Positions 1 through 11,824 of a stretch of 64,000 bases of DNA are shown one piece after another. Within the stretch, counting starts at the first letter, position 1, and each line of letters starts with the position of its first letter. Source of the stretch: Somniosus microcephalus (Eukaryota); the NCBI GenBank assembly GCA_052327205.1, contig CM126231.1:26908001-26972000 (forward strand), read 5' to 3'. The notes beneath the pieces were generated by a model. It searched no databases, had not been told where the DNA came from, and saw nothing but the letters and a program-made list of their open reading frames with translations. The translations under genes and the position numbers were made by a program.

Positions 1-725
1 AGTTTTGTCTCACTGGGCCACCATAGGTTCTGACTATGGAGTGGGGGCACGTGCAACGTTTAAATCCACAAAAGGTGTTACTATCAACTTGAGATATATC
101 AATATCCATTATCCGGCACATATCTCAAGTTCCTGATACTGGCGTATTTTAAAGCTGATTTAGGATCTTGCACCAGTGAGGCCACAGTGATAACAGCCCT
201 TTTCCAAACCTGCAGGCCCACAATAACAGGGATTACAGCATAGAAACAGGCCGTTCAGTCCAACCAGTCCGCGTTGGTGCTTATCCTATACATGAGCAGT
301 ATCCTAACCCCGTGTGCCAGCCCGGTTCCCATACCTCTTTATTCCCCATTTCTTCAACCGCCTACCTAACCTATTAAATATTGTTAAACCGAGGCCCTGT
401 CTGCCCTCTCAAGTGCATGTAAAGGATCCCAATGGCACTATTTCGAAGCAGAGCAGCGGAGTTATCCCCGGTGGCCTGGCCAATATTTATCCGTCAACCA
501 ACATCACTAAAAGAACCGATTATCTGGTCATTACCTCAATGCTGTGTGTGGGAGCTTACTGTTTTTTTTCCAATCGCCCGCGAGAGAGCGTCTAGCAACT
601 CTTTTCCAGGAACAGTAAATCTCTTGGTTCATTTATTGCCCCCGCCTCTCCAGTGCTTTAAAGTAAGACTGCATTCCCATCTGTCATTCTCACAGCCATG
701 CTATGCTGCCTCACCATTTGTTATA

Positions 726-1236
726 CAGGTAGACTATCCTTTATCCGAAAACCTCGGGACCAGCCGTGTGTCGGTTTTCGGAGAATTTCGGATTTCGGAA
801 GGTGGGTCGGCAGGGGTCCGCGGGGGGGTCGGCGGGGGGTCGTGCGCACGACTTACGCTGACGCTCAGCGTAAGTCGGCGGGGGTTGGGGTCCGCGGGGG
901 GGTCGGCGGGGGGGTCGTGCGCACGACTTACGCTGACGCTCAGCGTAAGTCGGCGGGGGTCGGGGTCGGCGGGGGTCCGTGCGGGGGTCGGGGCCGGCGG
1001 GGGTCCGCGGGGTGGTCGGCGGGGGGTCGTGCGCACGACTTACGCTGACGCTCAGCGTAAGTCGGCGGGGGTCGGGGTCGGCGGGGGCCGGCGGGGGTCC
1101 GCGGGGGGGTCGGGGCCGGCAGGGGTCCGCGGGGGGTCGTGCGCACGACTTACGCTGGACTTACGCTGACCAAAAAAACCTTCGGTTTTTAGAGGGTTTC
1201 GGTTTTCGGAAGTCCGGATAAAGGGTAGTCTACCTG
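726..1236. mobile_element. Tc1/mariner (pogo/Tigger, MER46-like) MITE with GC-rich internal repeat array
   Basis: TA TSD; 22-bp TIR CAGGTAGACTA(T/C)CCTTTATCCG at both ends (1 mismatch); subterminal TTTCGGA motifs. Confidence 0.85.
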
Positions 1237-1756
1237 TATTAAACTTTATTTGCCATCATCTCTGCCTACTTGCTTTAATCTATCTGCCTATCCCCGGTCT
1301 CCTGGCCAATATTTATCCCTCAACCAACATCACTAAAAACAAATTTATATGTCCATTATCACATTGCTGTTTGTGGGAGCTTGCTGTGCGCAAGTTGGCT
1401 GCTGCGTTTCCTACATTACAACAGTAACTACACTTCAAAAAGTACTTCATTGGCTGTAAAGCGCTTTGGGACGTCCGGTGGTCATGAAAGGCGCTATATA
1501 AATGCAAGTCTTTCCTTTTTCGGAGGAATCATGTGTTTTCCAAAGGAAACATGAGAGAGGCGTTCTTCTGTGGTGCGTGCCTGACTCAGAGACGCGGGGG
1601 GCACAATTTGAACCTAACTCGTTCGTCGGGACACTGACGCTGGTCTTGCACGCCGCCCTATTTTACTCTCCAGTGGAGTCAGTGTAAAACCAGCATTCCT
1701 CCCGATCCTGTGGGTTTCCCGCCCAGCGTGATGGGTTAAAATTGAAAGAAAAACAA

Positions 1757-2207
1757 AAGAAAGACTTGCATTTATAGAGCGCCTTTCACGACCACCGGAT
1801 ATCCCAAAACGCTTTACAGCCAATGAAGTACTGTTTTGAAGTGGAGTCACTGTTGTAATGTGGGAAACACGGCAGCCAATTTGCACACAGCAAGCTCCCA
1901 CAAACAGCAATGTGATAATGACCAGATAATCTGTTTTAGATATTGATTGAGGGATAAATATTGGCCGGGACACTGGGGATAACTCCCCTGCTCTTTTTCT
2001 AAATAATGCCATGAGATCTTTTATGTTCACCGGAGAGAGCAGACGCGGCCTCGGTTTAACGTCTCATCTGACAGTGCAGCGCTCCCTCAGCACTGCACTG
2101 GGAGTGTCAGCCTAGATTTTTGTGCTCAAGTCTCTGGAGTGGGACTTGAACCCACAACCTTCGGACTCCGAGGTGAGGGCGCTACCCACTGAGCCACAGC
2201 TGTGTCA
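1757..2207 (-). mobile_element. tRNA-derived Deu-domain SINE (SacSINE1-like), full length
   Basis: Head GCTGTGGCTCAGTGGGTAGC with B-box GGTTCAAGTCCC, Deu-like core GAGACGTTAAACCGAGG, tail GGCGCT.TATAAATGCAAGTCTTTCT. Confidence 0.85.
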
Positions 2208-2963
2208 GTTACACAATTAAATTGGCCCCATTCTTGATTCATTATCTGTCTTTTATCCATCAACTTAAAATTTTTCCTCCGAAACTTGCAGCACCCTTTT
2301 GTGTAAATAGTGAGGAACTGAACGAGCCAGGAGACTGTGGCGTGCAGCCTAGGCCAGAGTGATAGGAAAAACCAGGCCTCACACATGTGATGGTCTGGAG
2401 TTTCTGTTTATTCAGCAAGATAGGAATTATGCTTTGTAACTGTAAAGTTTATTCAGCGGGTTAAGGGTTACTCACTGTGTAACTGTATGGAATGGCTGTT
2501 TATTGAACGGGAAGATTTACAGCTTGTGTAACACGAGCTGATTATGCATTCAGCAGGTTAAGGGGTTATACTCTTCATAACGAAGAATGCTGTCTCCGAA
2601 TCTACTCAAGATGTGCATTTATCTTGTACACTTTGCATTCTTTCGCCCCGCCCCACCCAATTCCCACACTAAAGGCTGTGAAGAGAGCCAATTCCTAGCT
2701 CTCTGCCTCTGCTGTTGTATAACTGGAATGTATGCTGGGTTGTTATTGACTTCCCTATTTCTCCTCGTCCCCCCCCGGGTAAGTGTTTATTTCTGGCTAT
2801 TTCCCAGTTGACCGACCGAGCTTAAGGCCAATAAGCCAAGTCCTGTTTTTGGAATTGCCAGGTTTTACCAGGGCATAACTTACCAGCTGTCTCTAGGAAC
2901 TGGGGCCACTTCTAGTGCACAGGCAAATATCGAAAATCCTATAAGAAAAACCAGTGTGACTTA

Positions 2964-3902
2964 GGGGGAGAAATTGACCTCCTTTGCGCCTCCCGTCAGT
3001 GCTTCGGGGGTGGGGGGGGGGGAGCGATAACGGGGCGCTAAGGGCTTACCGACTGGCCGTGGCAAAATTACCGACGCCCGTGAACTTCCATGGCGGGGCG
3101 CTAAAGCTTGCCGTCTCGATCTCCTGTGCCCCGGAGATGGTGACATCATCCGGCGCATGGCGCCCTGGGTGTAGAATTCGCTTCCGCCCCCTGCAGCATC
3201 GCCAGGCGTCAACAGGCCGGCCGCTTGGGGAGTGCTGATTAAAGGCAGTGGTGGTCAGGTAGGCCAACAAGTAATAATGTCCCCAGTGACATGAATCAGT
3301 CATTCATGAAAGAAAGACTTATGAAATAATACTGAGCAGCCTATGGGTGGCGCTGTCGAGAGAGAGTATAAATACTCGGGCACGGGCCCAGCTTGCGCAG
3401 GACATTCTTAACAGGAACTAGTGAAGGACACAACTAGACCTCCATGTTGTATAACAGTTGATTAAAGCTTTGTTTAACGCTTAGACCAAGTGCCTAGTAG
3501 TTTTCTTACGTCACCCAGTGTGCTGTATTTTGATGTTTTATTCCCAGCCCGCGATTGATCAGCCCTGCACTCTCTTGGGCTGCTGTGCGCGTATCGCCGG
3601 TGCCGTCGACGACCATTCCCAGCCTTCGATGACCGCAGCATTGGCCCTTCCCTTTAAGGGAGGGAAGGAGCCTGCAAAACCGGCAGCGCTGCCCTGAACA
3701 TTGCTCAGCGCTCTGCTGCTACTGCCCTGTCGCTCCCTATAGCGCTCTAAGGGAAGTGGTAGCGCCCGATTTAGCGCTCCACTTCCCTCTTGGAGCGCTA
3801 AACTGGAAGTTCCCGTTGGAATCAATTGCGTAGCGCCCGGCGATACTTTTGCGCTCCCGCTAAAGTTAGCTCCCAAACGGGGCACTACGCAATTTCTAGC
3901 CC
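2964..3902. mobile_element. GC-rich Harbinger-like MITE interrupted by a solo LTR; related fragments at ~5120-5570, ~38225-38581 and ~53970-54665
   Basis: GGGGAGAAATTG...CAATTTCTAGCCC ends; CpG-rich GCGCTA/TAGCGC motifs shared with 59430-60130; TSD not clean. Confidence 0.6.
3287..3513 (+). mobile_element. solo LTR (227 bp)
   Basis: TGACAT...ACGTCA termini, perfect 5-bp TSD CCCAG, internal TATAAATA and ATTAAA; related to 31258-31474. Confidence 0.85.
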
Positions 3903-3979
3903 TTTGTCTTTGATTCTGATTGTTTGGCCTTTGCAGCGATGTGATCTAAAGAAAGAATGTTGTCTCCGAAGTTATATAC

Positions 3980-4420
3980 TTTTACAACCTCAGGGCATCC
4001 CAAAGTGTTTTACAGCCAATGAAGTACTTTTGAAGTGTAGTCACTGTTGTAATGTAGGAAACAAGGCAGCCAATTTGCACAGCAAGCTCCCACACACAGC
4101 AATGTGATAATGACCAGACCATCTCTTTTAGTGATGTTGGTTGAGGGATAAATATTGTCCAGGACACCGAGGATAACTCCCCCCCCTGCTCTTCTTCGAA
4201 ATAGCACCATGAGATCTTTTACATCCACCTGAGAGAGCAGACGGGGCCTTGGTCTAACGTCTCATCCGAAAGACACCACCTCCGATAGTGCGGCACTCCC
4301 TCAGCACTGCACTGGAGTGTCGGCCTAGATTTTTGTGCTACAAGTCTCTGGAGTGGGACTTGAACCCACAACCGTCTGACTCAGAGGGAAGGGTGCCACC
4401 CACTGAGCCACAGCTGACAC
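3980..4420 (-). mobile_element. Deu-domain SINE
   Basis: Same consensus as 1757-2207; partial plus-strand copies also at ~385-560 and ~1290-1517. Confidence 0.8.
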
Positions 4421-5674
4421 TTAGGCGAGTGATTCCCTGGCTCTGGCTTGCTGTAGCGCCAGCAACTGGGTCCACATTGTGCTGTGTTTTTAGATGCTTT
4501 CTACTTTCCGAGAATGCTATCCATTAATGGTATTATTTTCCAATTCTGAATGCATTGACTCACTAAGGAACTATTGCATGACTGGTGGTCACCTCCTGTT
4601 CCCTCATTTATGCGCCCCTATTCATGCATGAACCTTGACCTGTGACTATCGACAATGGAGGCCGTCACTGCCCACCAGGCCTGCCGTCACCCAGCATCCA
4701 CGTATATACTCGCAGAAGAGCTTGCTGCACAGGAGCAGGAAGCCAGTTTAACTCTTTCTCCCATCCTCGAATCCACAGGAGCTGCCGCTGGTCCAACTCG
4801 GGCTGAAACCTAGGACTTCCGGGTCTGTGCAGTTCAGACAAGAGACGGACCAAAGTTCTCTGGCCCAAAACATCAACATATCTTTTTTTCCTTCATAGAT
4901 TTTGCTGATCAGTGGAATGTCTAGCATTTCATTTTCGATCTCCAGCACTTCGCCTCTGAGCCGTTGAGATGGTACAATCAAAGTTCTCCTGTCTCAGTCT
5001 AACGTAAAATAACATTTGGATGACTTGAGATGGGGGGCAGTCCAAATGGACCTTCTCTGTGCCCCAGTGGCTGGTTCTGTGGTTGGCTTCAACTGGCCCT
5101 GCAGGACGAAAGTTTAAATATGGCCTAAGGGGACGCAAAGCAACTAGCACCTGGGCACGGCGCCGCTAACGCTTCCCGCGAAATTCAGCAGGAGGTTAGC
5201 GGCGGCGGTAGCCGGTAACGCCCCTCGGCACTGACGTCACCGCCGTGCGCAGCATCCCACTCGCGCCCCGGCTGCAAACTTGGGTCGCGCCCCCTGACCT
5301 ACCGCCGGACGCTATGCCCGACAGGGTCAGGGGGGCATACATGCGGCCGGGGCGGCGATATTTAAAGGGGAGGTGCTGGGTCACGGTTCGCGCTGTGCAA
5401 GGCCCCTCCCCAAGGGGAGGAAGGCCTGCGCGTGGCACTGCGGCACGCTACCCTGCTTGGGGCGCTACCATTGCATTTTGGGCGCGGGGGCGCTAACTTT
5501 TTCGGGGCACTAAAAGTGGTGTCCCGGCGAAGTTAGCGCCCCAAAGGGAACGCGACCCAATTTTTGCCCCGTGTGAGATCTGAATCTTGCAGCAAGGAAT
5601 GTAAAACGGTAATGAAAGTGGGTATTTAAAAGCCACCCAGCTTTCGTAGATTTTGGGAGAATCTGCATTGTCAG

Positions 5675-6694
5675 GAGTGTAGCTCTGATTCCCCCGCCCC
5701 TCACCATCCCCACCCCCCACCCCGCCCCAAGGAATTTCCTGTTTTTTTTGAGAACATTGTCTTTCTTTATGGGCGCCCTGGTGAAAGTGAAGGATTGTAC
5801 ATCACTGATGCTCTTTGCATGCTCTGTTTCACTTTGTTCTGTCTGTGAATCCGAAGATCTGATAAGAATCTAGTGAGCGCTGGCGTGCGAACTTTGTATT
5901 CTTTCGGTTCGCTGAACCCTTCGTTTTGATTGATATTGTTCTGCGCTTGTTAAACATTTCACAAGCAAGGAACCCCTGACAGACTGCACCAAATATTAGT
6001 GTTTTTGAAAAAAGTGAATCACTTCTTTGTGTGAAGTCCATGACTTCATCCTCACTGCTCAACCAGCACAATGTCCCATGGCGCCTCACAGGAGCGTTAT
6101 CAAAGAAAATTAGACGCTGAGCCCCAGAGAGATATTAGAACAGGTGACCAAAAGCTTGGTCAACAAGGTAGGTTTTAAGGAGCATCTTAAAGGAGGAGTG
6201 AGAGGTGAAGAGGTTTAGGGAGGGAATTCCAGAGCTAAGGGCCACAGCGGCTGAATGCATGACCGCCAATGGTGGAGCGATTAAATTCGGAGATGTGCTG
6301 GAGGCCAGAATTGCGGGAGTACAGATATCTCGGAGGGCTGTAGGGCTGGAGGAGGTGACAGAGGTAGGGAGGGGCGGGAGGCTGAGAATTTTAAAGTCGA
6401 GGCGTTGCTTAACCGGGAGCCAGTGTAGGTCAGCGAGCCCTGGGGTGATGGGTGAACGGGACTTGGTGCGAGTTGGGATTTGGGCGGCAGAGTTTTGGAT
6501 GAGCTCAAGTTTATGGAGGCCGGCCAGGAGAGCATTGGAATAGTCAAGTCTAGAGGCAACAGCCTGGATGGGCTGAGGCAGGGGGCAGAGTCCAGTGATG
6601 TTACGGAGATGGAAATAGGCGGTCGTAGTGATGGCGCCAATGTCTGGTCAGAAGCTCATCTCAGGGTCAAATACGACACCAAGGTTGCGAACAG
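5675..6694 (+). repeat. ~1-kb direct duplication, second copy at 13361-14364
   Basis: Both begin GAGTGTAGCTCTGATT, share ~400 bp of non-LINE sequence and an L2 fragment with the same junctions. Confidence 0.85.
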
Positions 6695-6860
6695 CTACTT
6701 GCAAATTACTTATGACTGAGTTTGGCGTGGACAGTGCAGAGGTGAACCTTGAATAATTGCGCTATCTCTGAGACTGTGTGTGTATTGTGACCCAGACTGT
6801 GCAGCATTGATGCATTTTCTCTTTGCTGCCGTCCGGCAGATCCGATGCCAGAATTGCTTA

Positions 6861-7300
6861 GAAAGAAAGACTTGCATTCATATAGCACCTTTCACAACCT
6901 CAGGAAAGCTATGCACAACCAATTACGTTCTTTTGAAGTGCAGTCACTGTTGTCATGTGGGAAACGTGGCAGCCAATTTGCGCACAGCAAGCTCCCACAA
7001 ACAGCGATGTGATAATGACCAGATAATCTGCCTTTAGGTGTTGGTTGAGGGATAAATATTGACCAGGACTCTGGGGAGAACGCCCCTGCTCTCTTCGAAT
7101 AGTGCCATGGAATCTTTTGCGTCCACCTCAGAGGGCAGATGGGGCCGCGATTTAACGTCTCATCCGAAAGACGGCACCTCCGACAGTGCGGCACTCCCTC
7201 AGCACCGCACTGGGAGTGTCAGCCTGGATTTTGTGCTCAAGTCTCTGGAGTGGGACTTGAACCCACGACCTTCAGAGGCGATGAGTGCTGCCATCTGAGC
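6861..7300 (-). mobile_element. Deu-domain SINE
   Basis: Same consensus. Confidence 0.8.
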
Positions 7301-7391
7301 CATGACCATGAGAGTTTAGGACCTAGTTATCAGTCAGTCTTTTTGCAGAGTAGGTCCCGCTGCTCTGAAGAATTATCGGGCCTTGTGTTGC

Positions 7392-7749
7392 TTAGGCCAA
7401 GGAATCCAGCCCGTCTACAGCACTTGCCCAAACGTTTCCTTCAACTCATCGGAAATCTCTCTGGGTAGAGGAGATCTGGCTGTGACGACAGCCCAGCCAG
7501 CGCATCACCAGACTGGTTCCATTCTACAGGCAGAGGAAACACGGCAGAGAGAGACTAAAATATAAAAGAGCTGGTGGATAGTTTAGTCTCTCTCTGCCGT
7601 GTTTCCTCTACCAGTAGAATGGAACCAGTCTGGTGATGCGCTGGCTGGGCTGTTGTCACAGCCAGATCTCCTCTACCCAGAGAGATTTCCGATGAGTTGA
7701 AGGAAATGTTTGGGCAAGTGCTGTAGACGGGCTGGATTCCTTGGCCTAA
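7392..7749. repeat. near-perfect long inverted repeat / foldback MITE
   Basis: Arms 7392-7563 and 7578-7749 (172 bp each, 5 mismatches by manual count), 14-nt loop; GGCC ends flanked by TA. Confidence 0.92.
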
Positions 7750-9114
7750 TTACAGGCATTGTGTGTTGGGGAAGGAATGGGGAACCATTCCGAAGCAACA
7801 GACAGCGGCTGAATCCTCTTCCTGCAGGTTACTGGGAGCCAGAGCTGTGTAGGTGTGCCCCAATCATTAGATCATTGTAAACCAGATTAGATTCGTGATA
7901 AGAGCTCACCCTAGGGGTGTGGGGTTGGGGTGGGGGTCGGAATACAATGCATTCCTCATCAGGGTCATCGGCATGGCGAATACTTCTAAACTACAGACAA
8001 ACTTCTCACATCTTTAAGTGCTTTGTTTTTTACATTTAAGAGATGTCCGTCTAAAATGAACTTCAGTCGAAATCAAGTAGATTTAGAACAGTGGGTGCGG
8101 CCGCATTCATTGCCACTGTACCTTCTCGGCATCTTGTGCTTTCATTTCAGACCGGCTCCTTAACCCCCTCTGTTTTTCACCTGTCCCATTTTTCTAACGA
8201 TTCCCCTGGACCTTCCAAAGCTGGTAACTGTTCACATGACCTTTGTTTCTTTAATTTCTTCAATGCTGCTTTCCAACATCCAACAATCATTACACGGGTA
8301 TCGCCTCGAACGTTGTAAAACATCCCAAGGCGCTTCACAGGAGCGTCATCAAACAAAACTTGACACCGAGCCAAGGAAGGAGATATTAGGACAGGTGACT
8401 AAATGCTTGGTCAAAGAGGTAGGCTTTAAGCAGCATCTTGGGATGAGAGGGCTGTCCTATGAGGAGAGATTGAGTAGAATGGGCCGATACTCTCTGGAGT
8501 TTAGAAGAATGAGAGGTGATCTCATTGAAACATACAAGATTCTGAGGGGGATTGACAGGGTAGATTCTGAGAGGTTGTTTCCCCCGGCTGGAGAGTCTAG
8601 AACTAGGGGGCATAGTCTCAGGATAAGGGGTCGGCCTTTTAAGACTGAGATGAGGAGGAATTTCTTCACTGAGGGCTGTGACTGCTCTACCCCAGAGGGC
8701 TGTGGATGCTGAGTCTTTGAGTATATTCAAGGCTGAGATAGATTTTTTTTTGGACTCTAGGGAAATTGAGGGATATGGAGATCGGGCAGGAAAGTGGAGT
8801 TGAGGTGGATGATCAGCCATGATCTTATTGAATGGCGGAGCAGGCTCGAGGGGCCGAATGCCCGACTCCTCTTATTCCTTATGTTCTTAAAGGAGGAGAG
8901 AGATGGAGAGGTGATGTTGAGGGAATCCCCTTTAAACTGCCACTTGAACACAGCAGAATTATCCTCCCAAAAAACCTCCTGATACCAGAACACAGCACTC
9001 GAGCAGAACCTGAACGAGTTAGTGAAATGCAGGTGGAGCTTTTGCTGTCCCGCATTCTTAAAACCAGCAGAAAGCTTGCTCGGAAAGGTCACCGCAGCAA
9101 ATGAAGATAGAAAG

Positions 9115-9815
9115 AAAGAAACAATTTGCATTTCAATAGCGCCTCTCACGACCTCAGGACATCCCGAAGTGCTTTACAGCCAATGAAGTACTTTTTGAAG
9201 TGTAGTCACTGTTGTAATGCAGGAAACACAGCAAGCTCCCACAAACAACAATGTGATAATGACCAGATAATCTGCTTTTTGTTATGTTGATTGAGGAATA
9301 AAATATTGGCCAGAACACCAGAGATAATTTTTGCCTCGCACCATCATCCCTTTTGTCTCTTAATCTCTCCTGCCTTCCGCCCTATCACAGACCTCCCCTT
9401 TTGTTCTTTCCTCCCCTCCCCCCTCTCCCTGCCCCTACACTTGCTTAAAAACCTCTTCCATCTCCAGCTTTTTCCAGTTCTGACAAAGGATTATGGACCT
9501 GAAACGTTAACTCTGTTTCTCCCTCCACCGATGCTGTCTGACCTGCTGAGTGATTCCAGCATTTTCTGTTTTTACACCAGAGATAACTCCCGTGCTCTAA
9601 TCGAAATTAGTGCCATGGGATCTTTTACATCCACCTGAGAGAGCAGACGGGGCCTCGGTTTAACATCTCATCTGTAAGATGGCACCTCAGACAGTGCAGC
9701 ACTCCCTCAGCACTGCACTGGAGTGTCAGCCTAGATTTTCGTGCTCATGCCTCCGGAGTGGGCCTTGAACCCACAGCCTTCTGACTCCGAGGCGAGGTGT
9801 GCTACCAACTGAGCT
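9115..9815 (-). mobile_element. Deu-domain SINE split by a Penelope-like insertion
   Basis: SINE consensus resumes after 9573. Confidence 0.8.
9328..9573 (+). mobile_element. Penelope-like element terminal fragment with 13-bp TSD
   Basis: Flanked by ACACCAGAGATAA (9315-9327 and 9574-9586); ends with CTGAC..AGG...CCTGAAACGTTAACTCTGTTTCT...GATGCTG.CTGACCTGCTGAG...CAGCATTTTCTG. Related pieces at ~35260-35296, 47018-47093 and ~63210-63595. Confidence 0.65.
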
Positions 9816-10126
9816 ACTAAGGCTGACCAGGTATGCAGCCAGGGAAACAAACAGGAGCACTGAAAAGCTGAGCTTCCATCTCTTCAGTGCTGGAGACAGC
9901 TTCGCCCCTGAGATGAGCGTCACCTTTGGCCTCTGAGGCTCCAGGGGCATCAGGCCCGCTGTCCATCTCACTCGGGGAGCACCGCACAAGAGCAGTAGAT
10001 CAGGAGCACAAACACCTAGGTGACCTGGCGCAAAGCGTAGTCACGGTGCGCCGAGGCAAATGCAGGCAGGCGATTTGAAGTGTTAGATCAATGAGCTCGG
10101 AAGGGAAGCAGAGGCAAACAATCGTA

Positions 10127-10519
10127 ATAGAAACATAGAAACATAGAAGATAGGAGCAGGAGTAGGCCATTCGGCCCTTCGAGCCTGCTCCGCCATTCAA
10201 CGAGATCATGGCTGATCATCCAAACCCTAGCACCCGGTCCCTACACCGACAGCCATCCCACCCAAGCCCTATCCCCGTAACCCCGTAACCCCACGTATTT
10301 AATCCTCCCTAACACTAAGGGCCAATTTTTATCATGGCCAATCAACCTAACCCGCACATCTTTGGACTGTGGGAGGAAACCGGAGCACCCGGAGGAAACC
10401 CACGCAAACACGGGGAGAATGTGCAAACTCCACACAGACAGTCACCCGAGGCCGGATTTGAACCCGGGTCCCTGGCGCTGTGAGGCAACAGTGCTAACCA
10501 CTATGCCACCGTGCTGCCC
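10127..10519 (-). mobile_element. HE1/V-SINE (elasmobranch tRNA-derived SINE) with CR1-type 3' tail
   Basis: Head GGCAGCACGGTGGCATAGTGGTTAGCACTG; V-domain TGTGTGGAGTTTGCACATTCTCCCCGTG...CTCCGGTTTCCTCCCACAGTCCAAAGA; tail shared with the local CR1s. Confidence 0.85.
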
Positions 10520-11736
10520 ATCTCTGCCCATCTGCCCATCGTCTCTGAATGGAAAACATAATCGGTTTTCAAAATAACTTGAATGTAGAGAAACGTTGTT
10601 CAAAGTCGAGGAAGAACTTGAGGAAATGGCTGGAAGTGAAAGAAGCCACGAGCTGAACTTAAATTGAAGAACAGTCTCTTCACACTTGGACTGACTGTGT
10701 TATGGGATGGTCTGTCGCTTAGTGCAGTCAATACTGATGGATAAATGGGAACTGGGAGAATTCTGGACACAGCAGGTAGAAGGACAGAAACCTTGTTAGT
10801 GAAACACATGTTGGTGTGTGAGAATTCAAGAAAATATTAAGTAACTATGTGTTAAATGATTTACAGAGTGGGTGGTTTGTGTCTAATGGTTGCAGCTCTG
10901 GGTGCGGTATTTTAAATGAGGGCCTTCCACTCCAGATACTGTTTCATCCTACTTTTATTTTTGTGTCTCTCTCTCTTTGCATTAGAACATTACAAACCTA
11001 CCAAAACCGTCCACAACAGCCAATCATCTGGACAGTAAGTGCACTCGAAAACAGTCTCGATTGTAAAATGTCAGGGATTATATGGCGGCCCCAGTTATCG
11101 TTTGTTTCCGTGGTGACACTGTGTGCTGCCCCCCCCCCCCCCCGCCAATGGGTGGACTTGGATCGGACCGCAGAAACCGCGTCCGTTACAAATTGCTCCA
11201 ATTAATTCATCTGTTCGAGCAAGATAGCCGCGGAAGGTTACCCGGCTCTGGCACCTCCTTTGAGGCAGCTGACTTGATGTGGGGACAAGCGGAGGTCAGC
11301 GTCCTCTTCCCGTGGCTGCAGAACTTGGCTGGTGAGAGGCACGCTCAATTTCTGTGCCACAGCATCCCTTCACTCTGGCAGGGGGCACCTCCAGGCACGC
11401 CGTGATCTATTTTTTTTTCCTCGGTGCTAGGGGGGTCCCTGCTGCTTTGGGTTAGCAGCGTTCTCCAAACCGCTCTTGATTTTGTTCACCGCGCACAGGT
11501 GGCCGAAAGCTGGCGGACCTCTGCACCTGGTGTTGGTCACGGGGTTGTGAGTTGCAATGAAGTGGTCGATTTTACCAGTACGCAGCGATTTGAGGAGAGA
11601 ATTCGAACGAACCGACAATCGCTGTCTTACCCAATGGTCCACTGGGAAAACCAGTCCATCTCTGATTTACACCTAATTAATGATATACCTGTTACTAGTC
11701 TAATCTGCTGCTTTTCACCTCTCCTACATTTAATAA

Positions 11737-11824
11737 ATGGACCTGACACAAGACCAGAGGCTCCCGCCTGTTCACAGTCACACAAATGAACCACTGGCAG
11801 CGAGACAAAGTGGAATCGTTCCAG
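11737..11824 (+). CDS. small single-pass membrane protein, coding exon 1
   Basis: ATG(G) preceded by in-frame TAA TAA; MDLTQDQRLPPVHSHTNEPLAARQSGIVP(G); strong CAG|GTAAGA donor, phase 1. The start codon is less certain than the donor. Confidence 0.6.

Noticed and set aside
432-1169. 245-aa ORF and other Gly/Arg/Pro-rich ORFs (also 55490-55957, 59525-60084)
   Set aside because: Stop-poor GC-rich MITE interiors and SINE sequence; no protein-like features.
835-1170. Repeat-spacer pattern resembling a CRISPR array
   Set aside because: Spacers are low-complexity G-rich variants of each other with unequal lengths, the array lies inside TIRs with a TA TSD, there are no cas genes and the context is vertebrate.
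4779-4970. Possible additional plus-strand exons after AG acceptors at 4778 and 4898
   Set aside because: The frames I tested hit stops with no convincing donor; part of the sequence looks like a decayed tRNA-type SINE head.
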